This document shows positions 17,780 to 29,100 of a stretch of DNA of 64,000 nt, in pieces. The notes beneath the pieces are model-generated. The model searched no databases, was not told the DNA's origin, and was given only the letters and a program-made list of their open reading frames with translations. The translations under genes were made by a program, and so were the position numbers. This DNA is from a virus (taxonomy: Duplodnaviria > Caudoviricetes), in IMG/VR virus record IMGVR_UViG_3300011977_000007, positions 1 through 64,000 of that record; one strand, 5' to 3'. Position 1 is the first letter of the stretch. Every line of letters starts with the position of its first letter.

Positions 17780-19498
17780 CACTCTTTTGATTGCTATAAC
17801 ATTTTGAGATTGTGCAAACCTTTGCATAATAGCCATATTATAAGCTACCATTGCTGATGCATTCATAAACATATTTGTTCCATTATCTGTTGGAAGTTTA
17901 ACATTATTGACTTCGGTAAATTCTTTAATGTCATTAATAATACCTTGATTATTATTACTAATTCCATTATCCATCTCAGGTCTTAATGTAGTCTTATGAA
18001 CTGGTACTTGAGAATAGAAGTCCTCAACAAATTTAATGGTACCTGCAATATACGGAATAAATGCAGTATATAAATCACCAGCAATAAAGTATCTTGATTT
18101 AACTCTTTGCATTCCGAGATATTTATTACCGTCTCTATCATACTCAGGCGCAATTAAACATACCCAATCTGAGTTCTGAAGAATTAAGTTAGAATCACCA
18201 ACATTACTTCTACCAAGAAGTCTTACTAAATCCGCTTTATTTTTTCCTCTTGCTTCATCAATATGTGCTGTTGCATCTCTATTTAACTGAGATGCTGTAA
18301 TAACAGGTATATCTTTTAATGTAGCAAAAGTCTTAAACTCATCAACAATTGCTCCAAGTTGTAGACGTAAATCGCCACCAAATAATCCATCAGCAGATCT
18401 AATTCTTTTAAGATAATCTTGCAATACACAAATTGTTTCATATCCCTCATCTTCAAGGTCCTCAACCATATCATATAAATAACTTGTATCTACTGAAAGG
18501 TTTGGCTTAAATTTAATAATTAAATCAATTGGATCATCTGTACTAACATGAAGATTTCCTTGAGTTTTTAATATCTCAACAGCTTCATCTTCTGTATAGT
18601 TTAACATGTCTACTCCAACGCACATACTAAATATACGTTGGATTGTTTCTTTAACGCTGTTTTCCATTATTAATAGAACTACGCATGGTTTCTTTGTAGG
18701 GTCTTTGCATTTATAATCTTTATTATATCTCTTTATTTCAATAGCCATATCAGCTAATGTAGTAGATTTTCCCTCACCTGGTAATCCTAATAATGTATAT
18801 ACACGTTGGCTTTCTACACCACCGCCTGTTAAGATATTTAAAGCTTGAGTTCCAAATCTTAATTTATTTGACGGTGATGATAATTTTCTATGTGTTTCTC
18901 TCATTGAAGATTCATAATTATCACCTGTAAGTCTAAATTCCATATCTGATGAATCATCAGCTCTAGCTCTACGGAACTTGACCTGCATTTGATTAATGAA
19001 ATTTTCAATATCTTTTACTATAGGTCCTCTGCTAGCGTATTCTGTAGATTTAAATTTTGTGAATAGAGCTAATCCTCTATCCACATCATTATATATAATA
19101 GAATCCTTAAGAATTTGACTTACAGTTTTATTAACCCATGCTATCTCATCATTATTTAATTCTTTAAAACAATCATTTAACTCACGTCCTAACTCCCCAG
19201 CAATCTGATGGAGAATCATATTACGATCTGTTAAATTATATTGCAATCTAGCTTCAATGCCCTTATTGATAAAATCAATTCTATTTAAACGTTCATGATC
19301 ATTATTATAAGCATTCATATCTATAATACAGAATAAATTTCTCATATTAATAACACTACCACGTCTAATATTTCTATTGCTACTAACAATATATGAGCAC
19401 ATCAAATCTAGCATTGTTATATCAAAATTTACATCTATTTTTAAATCCTTATTTTTAACAGGATTTTTTCTATATAATTCTCTTCTAGATTCATTCAT
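17771..19498 (-). CDS. dnaB: DnaB-like replicative helicase
   Basis: GLPGEGKST Walker A, LQDYL, TASQLNR, KSRY. Confidence 0.88.
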   Translation of the reverse strand: MNESRRELYRKNPVKNKDLKIDVNFDITMLDLMCSYIVSSNRNIRRGSVINMRNLFCIIDMNAYNNDHERLNRIDFINKGIEARLQYNLTDRNMILHQIAGELGRELNDCFKELNNDEIAWVNKTVSQILKDSIIYNDVDRGLALFTKFKSTEYASRGPIVKDIENFINQMQVKFRRARADDSSDMEFRLTGDNYESSMRETHRKLSSPSNKLRFGTQALNILTGGGVESQRVYTLLGLPGEGKSTTLADMAIEIKRYNKDYKCKDPTKKPCVVLLIMENSVKETIQRIFSMCVGVDMLNYTEDEAVEILKTQGNLHVSTDDPIDLIIKFKPNLSVDTSYLYDMVEDLEDEGYETICVLQDYLKRIRSADGLFGGDLRLQLGAIVDEFKTFATLKDIPVITASQLNRDATAHIDEARGKNKADLVRLLGRSNVGDSNLILQNSDWVCLIAPEYDRDGNKYLGMQRVKSRYFIAGDLYTAFIPYIAGTIKFVEDFYSQVPVHKTTLRPEMDNGISNNNQGIINDIKEFTEVNNVKLPTDNGTNMFMNASAMVAYNMAIMQRFAQSQNVIAIKRVAG

Positions 19499-19554
19499 TA
19501 CCTTCCACTCCTATATCAGTTGTATTTTTATGTCCAGCTGATATTAATAGAATA

Positions 19555-19965
19555 CTATTCAGAAAATTTATTAAATAATACTGATAAAATTTTAACATCA
19601 TCATCAGTTATTATATTATTTTCTTTATACTCATTAATCTTTTGAGCGGCGATTTTATCTTTAAGGGATTGAAATTCACAATTTAAATGCATTGTTGCCA
19701 TTCCCATGAATATAACAGTTACTGCTAAAATAGCAATTGCTATAAGAGAAATATTAGGGATAATATAATTATTTAATATCATACCCGCTATAACACTACC
19801 GAATAAGCAAATAATTGTTTCTATTAGTATTAGTATAGGACGTATTGTATTAAGTTTATTTATAGCCCGATCAATTTTCTGTTTTTCAATGGCATATTCT
19901 ATCTGTATATCATCATATAATAATTTAAGATTTTTTTCTAATTCTGATTTATTATTATCGCTCAT
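19555..19965 (-). CDS. Two-TM membrane protein
   Basis: Hydrophobic hairpin; GGAGG SD before ATG 19965. Confidence 0.7.
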   Translation of the reverse strand: MSDNNKSELEKNLKLLYDDIQIEYAIEKQKIDRAINKLNTIRPILILIETIICLFGSVIAGMILNNYIIPNISLIAIAILAVTVIFMGMATMHLNCEFQSLKDKIAAQKINEYKENNIITDDDVKILSVLFNKFSE

Positions 19966-19966
19966 C

Positions 19967-20431
19967 TTAATCCTCCATACTAATTGCAAATTGACAGTAA
20001 ATATGGCATCTTTTCAGAAATCCCTTCCATACATCACTATTAATATTTCTATCATAGTAATCCAAATTATGATCTAAAAATAAATTCATAATGAATTCTG
20101 CATACTCATCCATGTCATGCATTAAAGTTTGTTTTCTTTTAATTATTAGGTATTCCGATATTGATGTACATAAGAATCCTAATACAATGCAAAAAGTCAC
20201 AATGCATATATTAAATGGATGCGGCGCTAGAAATGCAACTAGCGCCATGGCAAATAAATAAGTTAATATAGTTCTATTCCTATTGATAATATCTTTTTTG
20301 TTTTTATTTAAAACTTCATTACGAGTTTTAAATTCATCTATAAAGATATTAAATAATTCATTATGTGGTGTTTCTATTTTATATTTTACTAATTTATCAA
20401 GAGTTTCTTGAATAATATCTTTATCTTTCAT
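19967..20431 (-). CDS. Two-TM membrane protein
   Basis: Hydrophobic hairpin. Confidence 0.7.
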   Translation of the reverse strand: MKDKDIIQETLDKLVKYKIETPHNELFNIFIDEFKTRNEVLNKNKKDIINRNRTILTYLFAMALVAFLAPHPFNICIVTFCIVLGFLCTSISEYLIIKRKQTLMHDMDEYAEFIMNLFLDHNLDYYDRNINSDVWKGFLKRCHIYCQFAISMED

Positions 20432-20924
20432 TATCTAATCCTCTCATTATATTATTTGAATATTCTACGCATTTAGCTGCTAATTCATTTAATTGATCTA
20501 TATCCTCCTGGCTCACCGTTCCACTATATTTATCATTAGATTGCATATAGTTGTTTACAGCAATATTTAGAATCACTGCACTTATTAATGGAAATTCATT
20601 TATTGCCTTTCGTATCAAGAATTTTAATTTAAAATATTTATAAATATTTAATACTAGCGAAATTATAAGAACTGCAATAACGATGATTGAAAACGTACGG
20701 CTTTTAATTATTAAGCTCATTAACGTTATAAGTATATTTATTATTGCAGCAATCTTAAGTTTTGCATTTGATGCTTTCCGCATAATATTAATCGCTTCTA
20801 AAAGCGATTTATGCAATGTATCTACAGTATCCTTAAAAATATTATATAAATCCGGTATCTCTTTAGGATTATATTTGTTAAATAAGTTATCTAGTAATTC
20901 ATCCATGTGATTTAAATTTTCCAT
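20421..20924 (-). CDS. Two-TM membrane protein
   Basis: Hydrophobic hairpin. Confidence 0.7.
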   Translation of the reverse strand: MENLNHMDELLDNLFNKYNPKEIPDLYNIFKDTVDTLHKSLLEAINIMRKASNAKLKIAAIINILITLMSLIIKSRTFSIIVIAVLIISLVLNIYKYFKLKFLIRKAINEFPLISAVILNIAVNNYMQSNDKYSGTVSQEDIDQLNELAAKCVEYSNNIMRGLDNER

Positions 20925-22046
20925 TTAAATAGCCTCCTCTAATAGATTTATTAATTCGTCTGATGTAATAAAGTCATATCCTTCTGACTGATTTACATAC
21001 ATACAGAATTTATTATAATCACTGACCTCAGGGTCTAGTATATAGTCATATTGACTAAATTTTTCAAGCACGGCGGAATCTATCTGCTGTGCTCGTTTTT
21101 CTTTTTTATTAATTTCTTGTAGTTTCACATTTCCCGAATTACGGAAGTATGAGCGCACTACATTCATATTTTCTCCCGGATTATTAAATTGAACACGAAT
21201 AAAATCAATGTGATTAACCGCTTTTTCGTGTTTAATATATTCAATAATCTTTTTAGGATCTTCATTCATCAAATGATCTATATTAATTGTATTATAAATA
21301 TAAGAATCAATTTGAATTAATTGCGTATAATGACGTCTGCTTATAGGATCATATAAAGTTATCATGAATCCTTTAGGTTCTTCTTGCCCAAACGCAAATC
21401 TTAATGGTGAACCATTATAGTACATATATTCTTCATAGCAACCTGCTATGTGATAATGACCACATATTACAGGTCCGCTACAATTTATAAAATTATTTAT
21501 TCCGAATATAGGAGCATGGTTGCTATTTAATGTAGCAACATCTGATCCTTTAAAGGAATTTTTTAATGTACCATGCAGTACACATAAATCATAACCACCA
21601 GATTCAAATAGCACTTTTCTATATTCTGATTCTGGTAATCCATACTTTTCTGGAATACATAATACCCGTAACCCTTTTACCACTTCAAACTGAATATTTT
21701 CTACAATTCGAATATCAATTGTAGGATCTTGTAAGTAATGATAAAATAACGATAGCTGTCCACAATCATGTGATTCTGTTCCAGCTAATAATATTATAGA
21801 AGCTTGTTTTGTTTTACATAAATTAACTACTTCATCCATAAATAATAATGCATATGAAATTATAGGATTATTACTCATGAATTTAGAATCAAATAAGTCA
21901 CCACAAATTGCTAAAATATCAAATCTAATATTTTGCAATGGCTGTATAAATTGATTTCTTAAAGTTTCGTAAGTATACTTTGGATCTAATGCCCCAAAAT
22001 GAATATCTGCAATACTTACTATAGTTAAAGGATTATTATTATTCAT
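20925..22046 (-). CDS. sbcD: SbcD/Mre11-like metallophosphoesterase nuclease
   Basis: ADIHFG, GDLFD, GTESHD, LHGT, GHYH, YNGSP. Confidence 0.85.
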   Translation of the reverse strand: MNNNNPLTIVSIADIHFGALDPKYTYETLRNQFIQPLQNIRFDILAICGDLFDSKFMSNNPIISYALLFMDEVVNLCKTKQASIILLAGTESHDCGQLSLFYHYLQDPTIDIRIVENIQFEVVKGLRVLCIPEKYGLPESEYRKVLFESGGYDLCVLHGTLKNSFKGSDVATLNSNHAPIFGINNFINCSGPVICGHYHIAGCYEEYMYYNGSPLRFAFGQEEPKGFMITLYDPISRRHYTQLIQIDSYIYNTINIDHLMNEDPKKIIEYIKHEKAVNHIDFIRVQFNNPGENMNVVRSYFRNSGNVKLQEINKKEKRAQQIDSAVLEKFSQYDYILDPEVSDYNKFCMYVNQSEGYDFITSDELINLLEEAI

Positions 22047-22674
22047 CTTTATTAATTACCTCTTCTATTAAATTAATCACGTCTTTAAATACTTCATCTT
22101 CATTTCTATTAGCATCTACCATATGAGATTTAAATTTAGGCATTGCCATGCCTAAATATATAAGTAGATTTCTAATATTTGTGTGCCATTCTAATGGTTG
22201 TACATCGTTATAGTTTGTTTCTCTATTATTTAAAGCAATCCTATTTATTGCTGTTTCAGGATCTATGTCTAAAATAATAGTAGCATCTATGTCAATACAA
22301 TCGGTAGCATAATTATTTAAATCGTCTATTACATTTGTGCCTAAAGATTTGTTTTGTAGTACTAATGATGATAGAACAAATCTATCGGCTAATATTACTT
22401 TTCCAGCTTCTAGTGCTGGTTTTATAATATGTAAGTAATTCTCTCTCCTTCCAGCTTCTAATAAATACAATTTAGTTTGTTCATCTAATGAGCTAGAATA
22501 TTCTTTGTTTAATAATATATTTCTTATATCATTTCCTACTTCTGTTCCTCCGGGTTCTTTGAATGTGATACAATCAATTCCTTTATTTTTTAAATACTCG
22601 TATGTATTTTTAACCATTGTGGATTTACCACTTCCCTCTCCACCTTCAAAACAAATTAATTTTCCTTTTTTCAT
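22039..22674 (-). CDS. tmk: Thymidylate (dNMP) kinase
   Basis: FEGGEGSGKST, KEPGG, LADRF. Confidence 0.92.
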   Translation of the reverse strand: MKKGKLICFEGGEGSGKSTMVKNTYEYLKNKGIDCITFKEPGGTEVGNDIRNILLNKEYSSSLDEQTKLYLLEAGRRENYLHIIKPALEAGKVILADRFVLSSLVLQNKSLGTNVIDDLNNYATDCIDIDATIILDIDPETAINRIALNNRETNYNDVQPLEWHTNIRNLLIYLGMAMPKFKSHMVDANRNEDEVFKDVINLIEEVINKDE

Positions 22675-22788
22675 TTTAACCTTCCTTTCCGTATAATTAT
22701 TATTATAATATACAATTGAAATTTAATATTAATAATGTAACATATAAATGAGTTCTTTATTAACTTCCATGTGTAAATTAGTAAGATA

Positions 22789-22814
22789 CCCCCTGAGATT
22801 AATTTCTCAGGGGG
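22789..22814. terminator. Hairpin/terminator
   Basis: CCCCCTGAGA-ttaatt-TCTCAGGGGG. Confidence 0.65.
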
Positions 22815-22824
22815 ATCTTATGCT

Positions 22825-23334
22825 TTATAATTTTTTGTTGTTATAGTAATAAGTGACAAGCTCTGCAACTCCATTCATTAAGCATGATATAATAAATAAA
22901 AAGAATTGTTCATCTTCTTTACTATGAATTATATTATCGCCTTCATTGAACTTTAAACTCTTGGTTCTTTCCCCACTAGATCGTGTAGTTCTACGGGTTT
23001 GTATATTTATTTCATTATCATTGTCGATTGATTTTCCTAGAACAAATTTAATTTCAAAATTATTTTCAGCATATATCATTGCTGCATCGTATCCTTTAGG
23101 GACTCTTGCACTAAATAAATTATGGCTAGAATCATTACCATACATATAAATTTCCTCTAATAATTTAATGAAATTATATATCTCCATCATCATATTGAAA
23201 TCTGGAGAAGTTTTCTTTATCATCCTTAGTAATCTCTTCAATTCTATATAACTGGGGAGATAATGCTTATACTTTTTATCAAATATTGGTTTGATGAATA
23301 TATTAACGTCTTCTTTTTTATTATTTTTCTTCAT
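22825..23334 (-). CDS. Hypothetical protein
   Basis: 169-aa ORF with SD. Confidence 0.7.
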   Translation of the reverse strand: MKKNNKKEDVNIFIKPIFDKKYKHYLPSYIELKRLLRMIKKTSPDFNMMMEIYNFIKLLEEIYMYGNDSSHNLFSARVPKGYDAAMIYAENNFEIKFVLGKSIDNDNEINIQTRRTTRSSGERTKSLKFNEGDNIIHSKEDEQFFLFIISCLMNGVAELVTYYYNNKKL

Positions 23335-23351
23335 AAATTAATCCTCCTAAA

Positions 23352-23810
23352 TTATAGAATAATTGAAACTATTACTAAATCGTAAATTATAGGTAATAGA
23401 CAATCCCAAATATATTGGAGTCTGGAGTTTTTTAATGGTTGCGTCTTCGATATATAAAATATTGAATTTTCATAAACAACTTTAAATTCTTTATTATCAA
23501 GATAATACTGAATATATCCTTCTGGTATATCTATAGCTATCATACCGCTATCTAGATATGATATGTCGTAATAATATTCTTTGCACCCTACATATTTAGT
23601 ACTATAATATCTTATCGATTTATTATCTATATGAATATAATTATACATGGCACATAATAAGTCGTGAATATCTAAACTACAAATAATATTCCCTAGATCA
23701 TTGAGTGATTTATTTATTTTTTTCCGTTTTATAAATTTATATCTTTTAAGAGATATAAGTTCTTTATATAATTCAGAATATTCACTAATATATTGAAATA
23801 TTTCCACCAC
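23352..23810 (-). CDS. Hypothetical protein
   Basis: 152-aa ORF in operon. Confidence 0.65.
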   Translation of the reverse strand: MVEIFQYISEYSELYKELISLKRYKFIKRKKINKSLNDLGNIICSLDIHDLLCAMYNYIHIDNKSIRYYSTKYVGCKEYYYDISYLDSGMIAIDIPEGYIQYYLDNKEFKVVYENSIFYISKTQPLKNSRLQYIWDCLLPIIYDLVIVSIIL

Positions 23811-23811
23811 A

Positions 23812-24549
23812 TTATACCCCCCATTCTATTTTTTTAAAATCATTTTCTACTTTAGAAATATTATAATATGAAAATACCATAGCTAAAAATGTTTGTTCGC
23901 ATTCATTTATGTACGCTAAATGCTCCGGAACATAGAAATTTAGCACATATTCATTATAGGATATATCATTTTTCGATAGCTGCAATACAATACAACCATC
24001 AGCTTCAATACCTAATTCTTCTCTGAGGATATATCTATAAGCTGCAATTTGTAAAAAATATCTAAATGTGACATGATTGCTGGTTTTATAATCTACAATA
24101 TATATTTTCCCATTTACTTCATATAGGCCATCCATAGTACCACCAAAGAATTTACAGATTAATGGAAATTCGTGATATATTACTTTTACTGTATTTCCCA
24201 TGTTTATATCATTCCACCATTTTAAATAAGATTCATAAGCGAATCTAGAATCTCTAAACATGTCATCCGGAGTTTCATAATTAAATTCACTTGCTATAAA
24301 AGCATCTATAGTTTCATGACATTGAGAACCAATCTGAGCAGATAAATCTAATGTTTTCTTATATGATTTGTGTTTAAATCCTAATGAATTAGCCCAATAC
24401 ATTAATGAATCCGAATGTATGCATTTTGATATAATCTCTGTTACTCTTGGTACTAATATACCATTGTATGTATATTGTGAATTAGACTCGCTATTTACAA
24501 CAATTTCTGATGAATCTAATAATTTAATTAAATTATTCATTATTACCAC
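23812..24549 (-). CDS. PD-(D/E)XK (Cas4/RecB-like) exonuclease
   Basis: PRVTEII, GSQCHE, GTMDGL, IVDYKTS, LQIAAY. Confidence 0.85.
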   Translation of the reverse strand: MVIMNNLIKLLDSSEIVVNSESNSQYTYNGILVPRVTEIISKCIHSDSLMYWANSLGFKHKSYKKTLDLSAQIGSQCHETIDAFIASEFNYETPDDMFRDSRFAYESYLKWWNDINMGNTVKVIYHEFPLICKFFGGTMDGLYEVNGKIYIVDYKTSNHVTFRYFLQIAAYRYILREELGIEADGCIVLQLSKNDISYNEYVLNFYVPEHLAYINECEQTFLAMVFSYYNISKVENDFKKIEWGV

Positions 24550-25084
24550 CTAATTCTTTCTCTATTTTTTCTTTACGTTTATCAATTTCACTATATGGTA
24601 AAAACCATATATCTGCAATGATTCTAAATAACGCTTCCTTAATCTGTCCAGCCAATCCATTTGATGAAAAATCATTACATATAGACGTAGCGACTCTAGT
24701 TATTTCATTATACCGTACAACTCCCTTACATACAACATCTCTAATTTGCAATATAAAATCGTTATATATAAAATGTACATCATTACTATGCACAATATAT
24801 GTCTTTATGCAGAATAATGCGCCTGATATAACCATTAAACATTCCATCATATGCCTAGTATCAATCATAACTAAAGTATCGCTATTCAAATCATCAGTAT
24901 CATATCCAACTTTATCTGGATCATCTAATACTATATCAAACCCTACTGCAAATAATTTATTTTCTATATCTGTATTTATTTTTAATGCTGGAGATTTTTC
25001 TACAATTTTACCGGGGTTAAATTGTTTAAAGAAATCATCCATACTTGCATTTAAGCCTTCTATATCTAGTTTATTATCACTCAT
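24533..25084 (-). CDS. Hypothetical protein
   Basis: 183-aa ORF with AGGAGG SD. Confidence 0.7.
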   Translation of the reverse strand: MSDNKLDIEGLNASMDDFFKQFNPGKIVEKSPALKINTDIENKLFAVGFDIVLDDPDKVGYDTDDLNSDTLVMIDTRHMMECLMVISGALFCIKTYIVHSNDVHFIYNDFILQIRDVVCKGVVRYNEITRVATSICNDFSSNGLAGQIKEALFRIIADIWFLPYSEIDKRKEKIEKELGGNNE

Positions 25085-25156
25085 TATAATTACCTCCTAA
25101 AACCTTATACTTTAATGTAAACGGCTTCATTATTTATTACTTTTTCTTATAGCCCA

Positions 25157-25168
25157 AACATTATTATA
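25157..25168 (+). promoter_or_regulatory. Putative late promoter AACA-N6-TA
   Basis: AACAttattaTA upstream of the structural operon. Confidence 0.65.
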
Positions 25169-25183
25169 ATATTTTAAGGAGGT

Positions 25184-26137
25184 ATGAATAATATGGCTAG
25201 GAATTTTTCGGATACATATTTATATAGAAAGTATCCAGAGTATGATAAAAAATTATTTCAATTTATTATGAATGCTGATCGTATAGATACTACAAGTGAG
25301 GAATTTGAAGATGTATTATATGATGTAAAAAGGAGAAAGATAAGCGATTCTGTTGCTAAAGTTCTTCAATCACCAAATACAGTTATTGCTATTCAACCTG
25401 GTAAAGCATTACCTAAAGCACTTAAGGTATTTGTTGCTAAAGATATTAAAGAAGATAAAACTAAAGATAAAGTATTTATTGATGCTAGTGATTGTATTTT
25501 CCTTAAAAATGGAAAATATATTTGTAATCATCCAGATTGGATTATTAGTTATGCTATCAATGCAATGGTATCTTTAATTTATGCTAAAGTACCTAATAAC
25601 TTTACTAATAATTCATCTATTGTAAAATATGGTGGTGAAGCATTCGTTAAATGTTTCTCATACATTCTTGATAGAATATATAAAATTAGTACAGTGCAGC
25701 AATTAAGAAAACGAGTTGAATATGCGATTGCATTGTATTATCAAATCAATCTTTTAGGTAAAGATTATTCTAAATACCAAGATTCGATTAAAGTTACAGC
25801 AATGAGAATTGCTGATGTGGATAATAAAGATGCACAAATTGTTGATATAATGCTTGAGGATTCTGATTTCTTAGATATTAATCATTTTATTGATGGTTTG
25901 AATAGAATCTTTAAATTTAAAGATTTAACGTATACCATTATTATAGATAAGTGGATGCAAGCATTTGGCACTGGAACTGTATTTGCTTTAGAGTTTTTCC
26001 CTGCATTTTCTATGATGATGACTAATACTTATGTCGGAGGATATATTGATCAACAAATGACAATAGAAAAAGTTGCAGGTAGATCTATGGTTGATTTCAC
26101 TAAAAACATTCTTGAGATTGGAGCGAGAGTTGTATGA
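25184..26137 (+). CDS. Late hypothetical, probable virion protein
   Basis: 317-aa ORF after late motif. Confidence 0.6.
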   Translation: MNNMARNFSDTYLYRKYPEYDKKLFQFIMNADRIDTTSEEFEDVLYDVKRRKISDSVAKVLQSPNTVIAIQPGKALPKALKVFVAKDIKEDKTKDKVFIDASDCIFLKNGKYICNHPDWIISYAINAMVSLIYAKVPNNFTNNSSIVKYGGEAFVKCFSYILDRIYKISTVQQLRKRVEYAIALYYQINLLGKDYSKYQDSIKVTAMRIADVDNKDAQIVDIMLEDSDFLDINHFIDGLNRIFKFKDLTYTIIIDKWMQAFGTGTVFALEFFPAFSMMMTNTYVGGYIDQQMTIEKVAGRSMVDFTKNILEIGARVV

Positions 26138-29100
26138 TTACCGATAAGCAAAAGTATGCTATGGTTAATCAGTTTAGAGCACATTCATTATCAGTTATTA
26201 GAAAGAATCAAAAATCATTCTTACCAGTATTAAATACTGGTAAGATTTTTTGTTGCGATAAATATAGATATATGGATAAGTGGCATGGTTATGCATACTC
26301 TGCTGATGAACCAGAAAAATCATTTACAATTTTATATGTAGAGCATATGCCATATAGATCTTTATATAAGCGTGCAGGAAACGCTGCCAAGTCATTTACA
26401 TCAAGTATTGATAAGATGATATTTGATAATGAATTAGTACCATTTTTATTATTTATAAATAATAGATTTGTTCCATGGGGTAAAATTGATATAGTATATG
26501 ATTATGGCGAGACTTTTCTTAAGATTCACGGACCGGAATATTATAAGGATCTTATATCAGATATAAAAATGGTTATATTACCATATAATATATCATTTTT
26601 ATATGGTACTGAACCGGATTATTCATTTAATTCTAATTTTGAAGCTTTACGTTCTTATATTAATAGTAATGCTGTTGTTAAAGGTCAGGATATATTTATC
26701 ACTTTACCAGATACTAGCGTTGATTATACATATGAGCATAATACTTACAATGTCGGATTTTGGTTATTGAACCAAAATAAATTAAAACGTTTAGGAGTAT
26801 TATCGCAAGAGCGAATTGATAAATTAAGACAAATAGACGTGAATAAAATTGTTAATAAAAACGGTCATGACGAATATGTTAAAACAACAGTAAATATTTT
26901 TGATAGAGATAGCTATGATAACGTTGAATTAGAAAGATTATGTAACATTTGTCCTGATAATGTATTATTAAAATTTAATGATGATGGTGAATTAAGTGAT
27001 GATGGTACTAATATTATTTATCTTATTGATAAATCGGAAGTTTATTATGAAAGAACTGATGTTGATGGGAATTCATATATTGGTAGAGTAAAAGACGGAA
27101 GATTATATATACAAGAAGATCCACTTGGAGCTACAGTGCAGAACCAATTAACTCATGTTCATTTAAATAATAGCGATGAATATGTGAATGGTAGAGATAT
27201 ATTATTTGAAGAAAATTTTTTAGTTTTTAAAAATGGATGCTTATGCACTGATTGTAAATTTGACTTTGCAATGTATAATAATTATAAAATTTATGATGTT
27301 GATAAATCTACTGACTATACTGCTGATGGTAAACCATATCACCAAATTCAAAATAATCATATTACTATACTTACATTTTTAGGAAATTGTGATCATTTAA
27401 TTACTCATCTAGATCAATTTCCTAATAAGAAATATGTTAAACAGAGATTATCTGAATCATTTTTCTTAAATACTGATGTTAATGGTTATAGAGATATGAT
27501 ATCAGAACCTTTAGATTTCGATGTTTATGATTCTAAATTATATAAACAAAATGTATTAGATTCAATGAATTCTGTATTAGCGTATAACCCATTATTACTA
27601 GATTCATTATTTACAAAATATGTAAAATCTGTAAGCTATACAGGTAAAGAATTAAATGATAAAATTACTATAAAAAAGAAATATAAATATAAATACGTTG
27701 AGGAAAATAATCAACAGGTAATGAAAAGGATGTTAATTAATTCTAGAGGAATAGATATTCCTAGAATGAGATTTGATGAAGATCATGAGACTTACCCTTT
27801 AGTATTTCTCAATGGTGAATTAATTGCTAATTATGATGAACTTAAAGTTACGTCTAATAAATTATTTCTACCAGTTATTGAAGATTTTGATCCTACGGAT
27901 GAAATTGAATTTTTATATATAACCGGTATAAATAATAATGAATATGAGATTGATAAATTTGAAGGTACTGATCATTGCTATTCTAAAGCAATTCCTAAAG
28001 ATGAATTACGTATATTCTCTACTGACGTAAAAGATTTACTAGAGTATCCTGATATAAAATATGATTATGATAATATTGCTTTTCCAGTATATAAAAGAAC
28101 TTATAAAGTTTTAGAGCAGGATAATGTTTTAGGTAGAAGAATTCAAAATAAATTAGGAGATACTATAGAATATGATGAGGTAGTTACAATACCGGATGAC
28201 TTTAATGGAAGAAAAGTTATTGCTGCATCTTATAAGAAATTTGTTTATCAAAGAATAAAAGTAGATAAAAAAGCTTATCGAGTTAGAATAAGTAGAAAAT
28301 TTAGATGCTGCGATAATCAAAAACAATATTGTTTATTTATAAATGGTAGGTTAGTTGATAGAGATGATTATATAATTACTTTACCTAAACTAAGTAGACC
28401 ATTTGATGGTATGTATTTATATTCATCTAGATTCTTTAAAGCAACAGATAGAATTGACTTATTTTATTTACCATATGAATTTATGAATATGAATAGCGAC
28501 AAAACATTTGAGCTTAAAGAAAATGGATATATTGAGTACGATAGACAAAGCCTTAAATTTCCATTAGATCCTGATTTATATATGATTTTTATAAATGGCA
28601 AGAAGGTAGCTAAAGATGATATTATAAGAATATCTACCAATACAATGAGAATTACTAAAGACACTCAGAGCACTAATGATTTATGTATGTTTTCTGTCGT
28701 AAAAGATGATATACCTGAAGTATCTAATTATATAGCTACAGGAAAATTATCTAAATATGAAAAACTTATTGATTTTATTAAGTATAATGATAGGCTTGGA
28801 TATGATGAATTAGATAGATTATTTAATGAATATATCAAAATGTCTAATTTTGAAGCTCCATTAAATGCAGACGTTGCAAGGATTGCTATTATAAATGAAA
28901 TTGTTAGAGATTTCTGGGTTGCTAGCGGATATGATTATAATGCTCATCCATTTGTATATGATTTTGAACATGATGATTATATTAGTAAAGATTATGAGAC
29001 TGGTAATTATATATTACCATCTATGGATGCTGTGCCTAATATAAATATTATAAAATATGATTTACATCATTTATATTTTGTACTATATGATGGCAATTCT

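Noticed and set aside
23812-24549. Cas4 of a CRISPR system
   Set aside because: No array or other cas genes, and no clear C-terminal Fe-S cysteine cluster; stand-alone phage nuclease.
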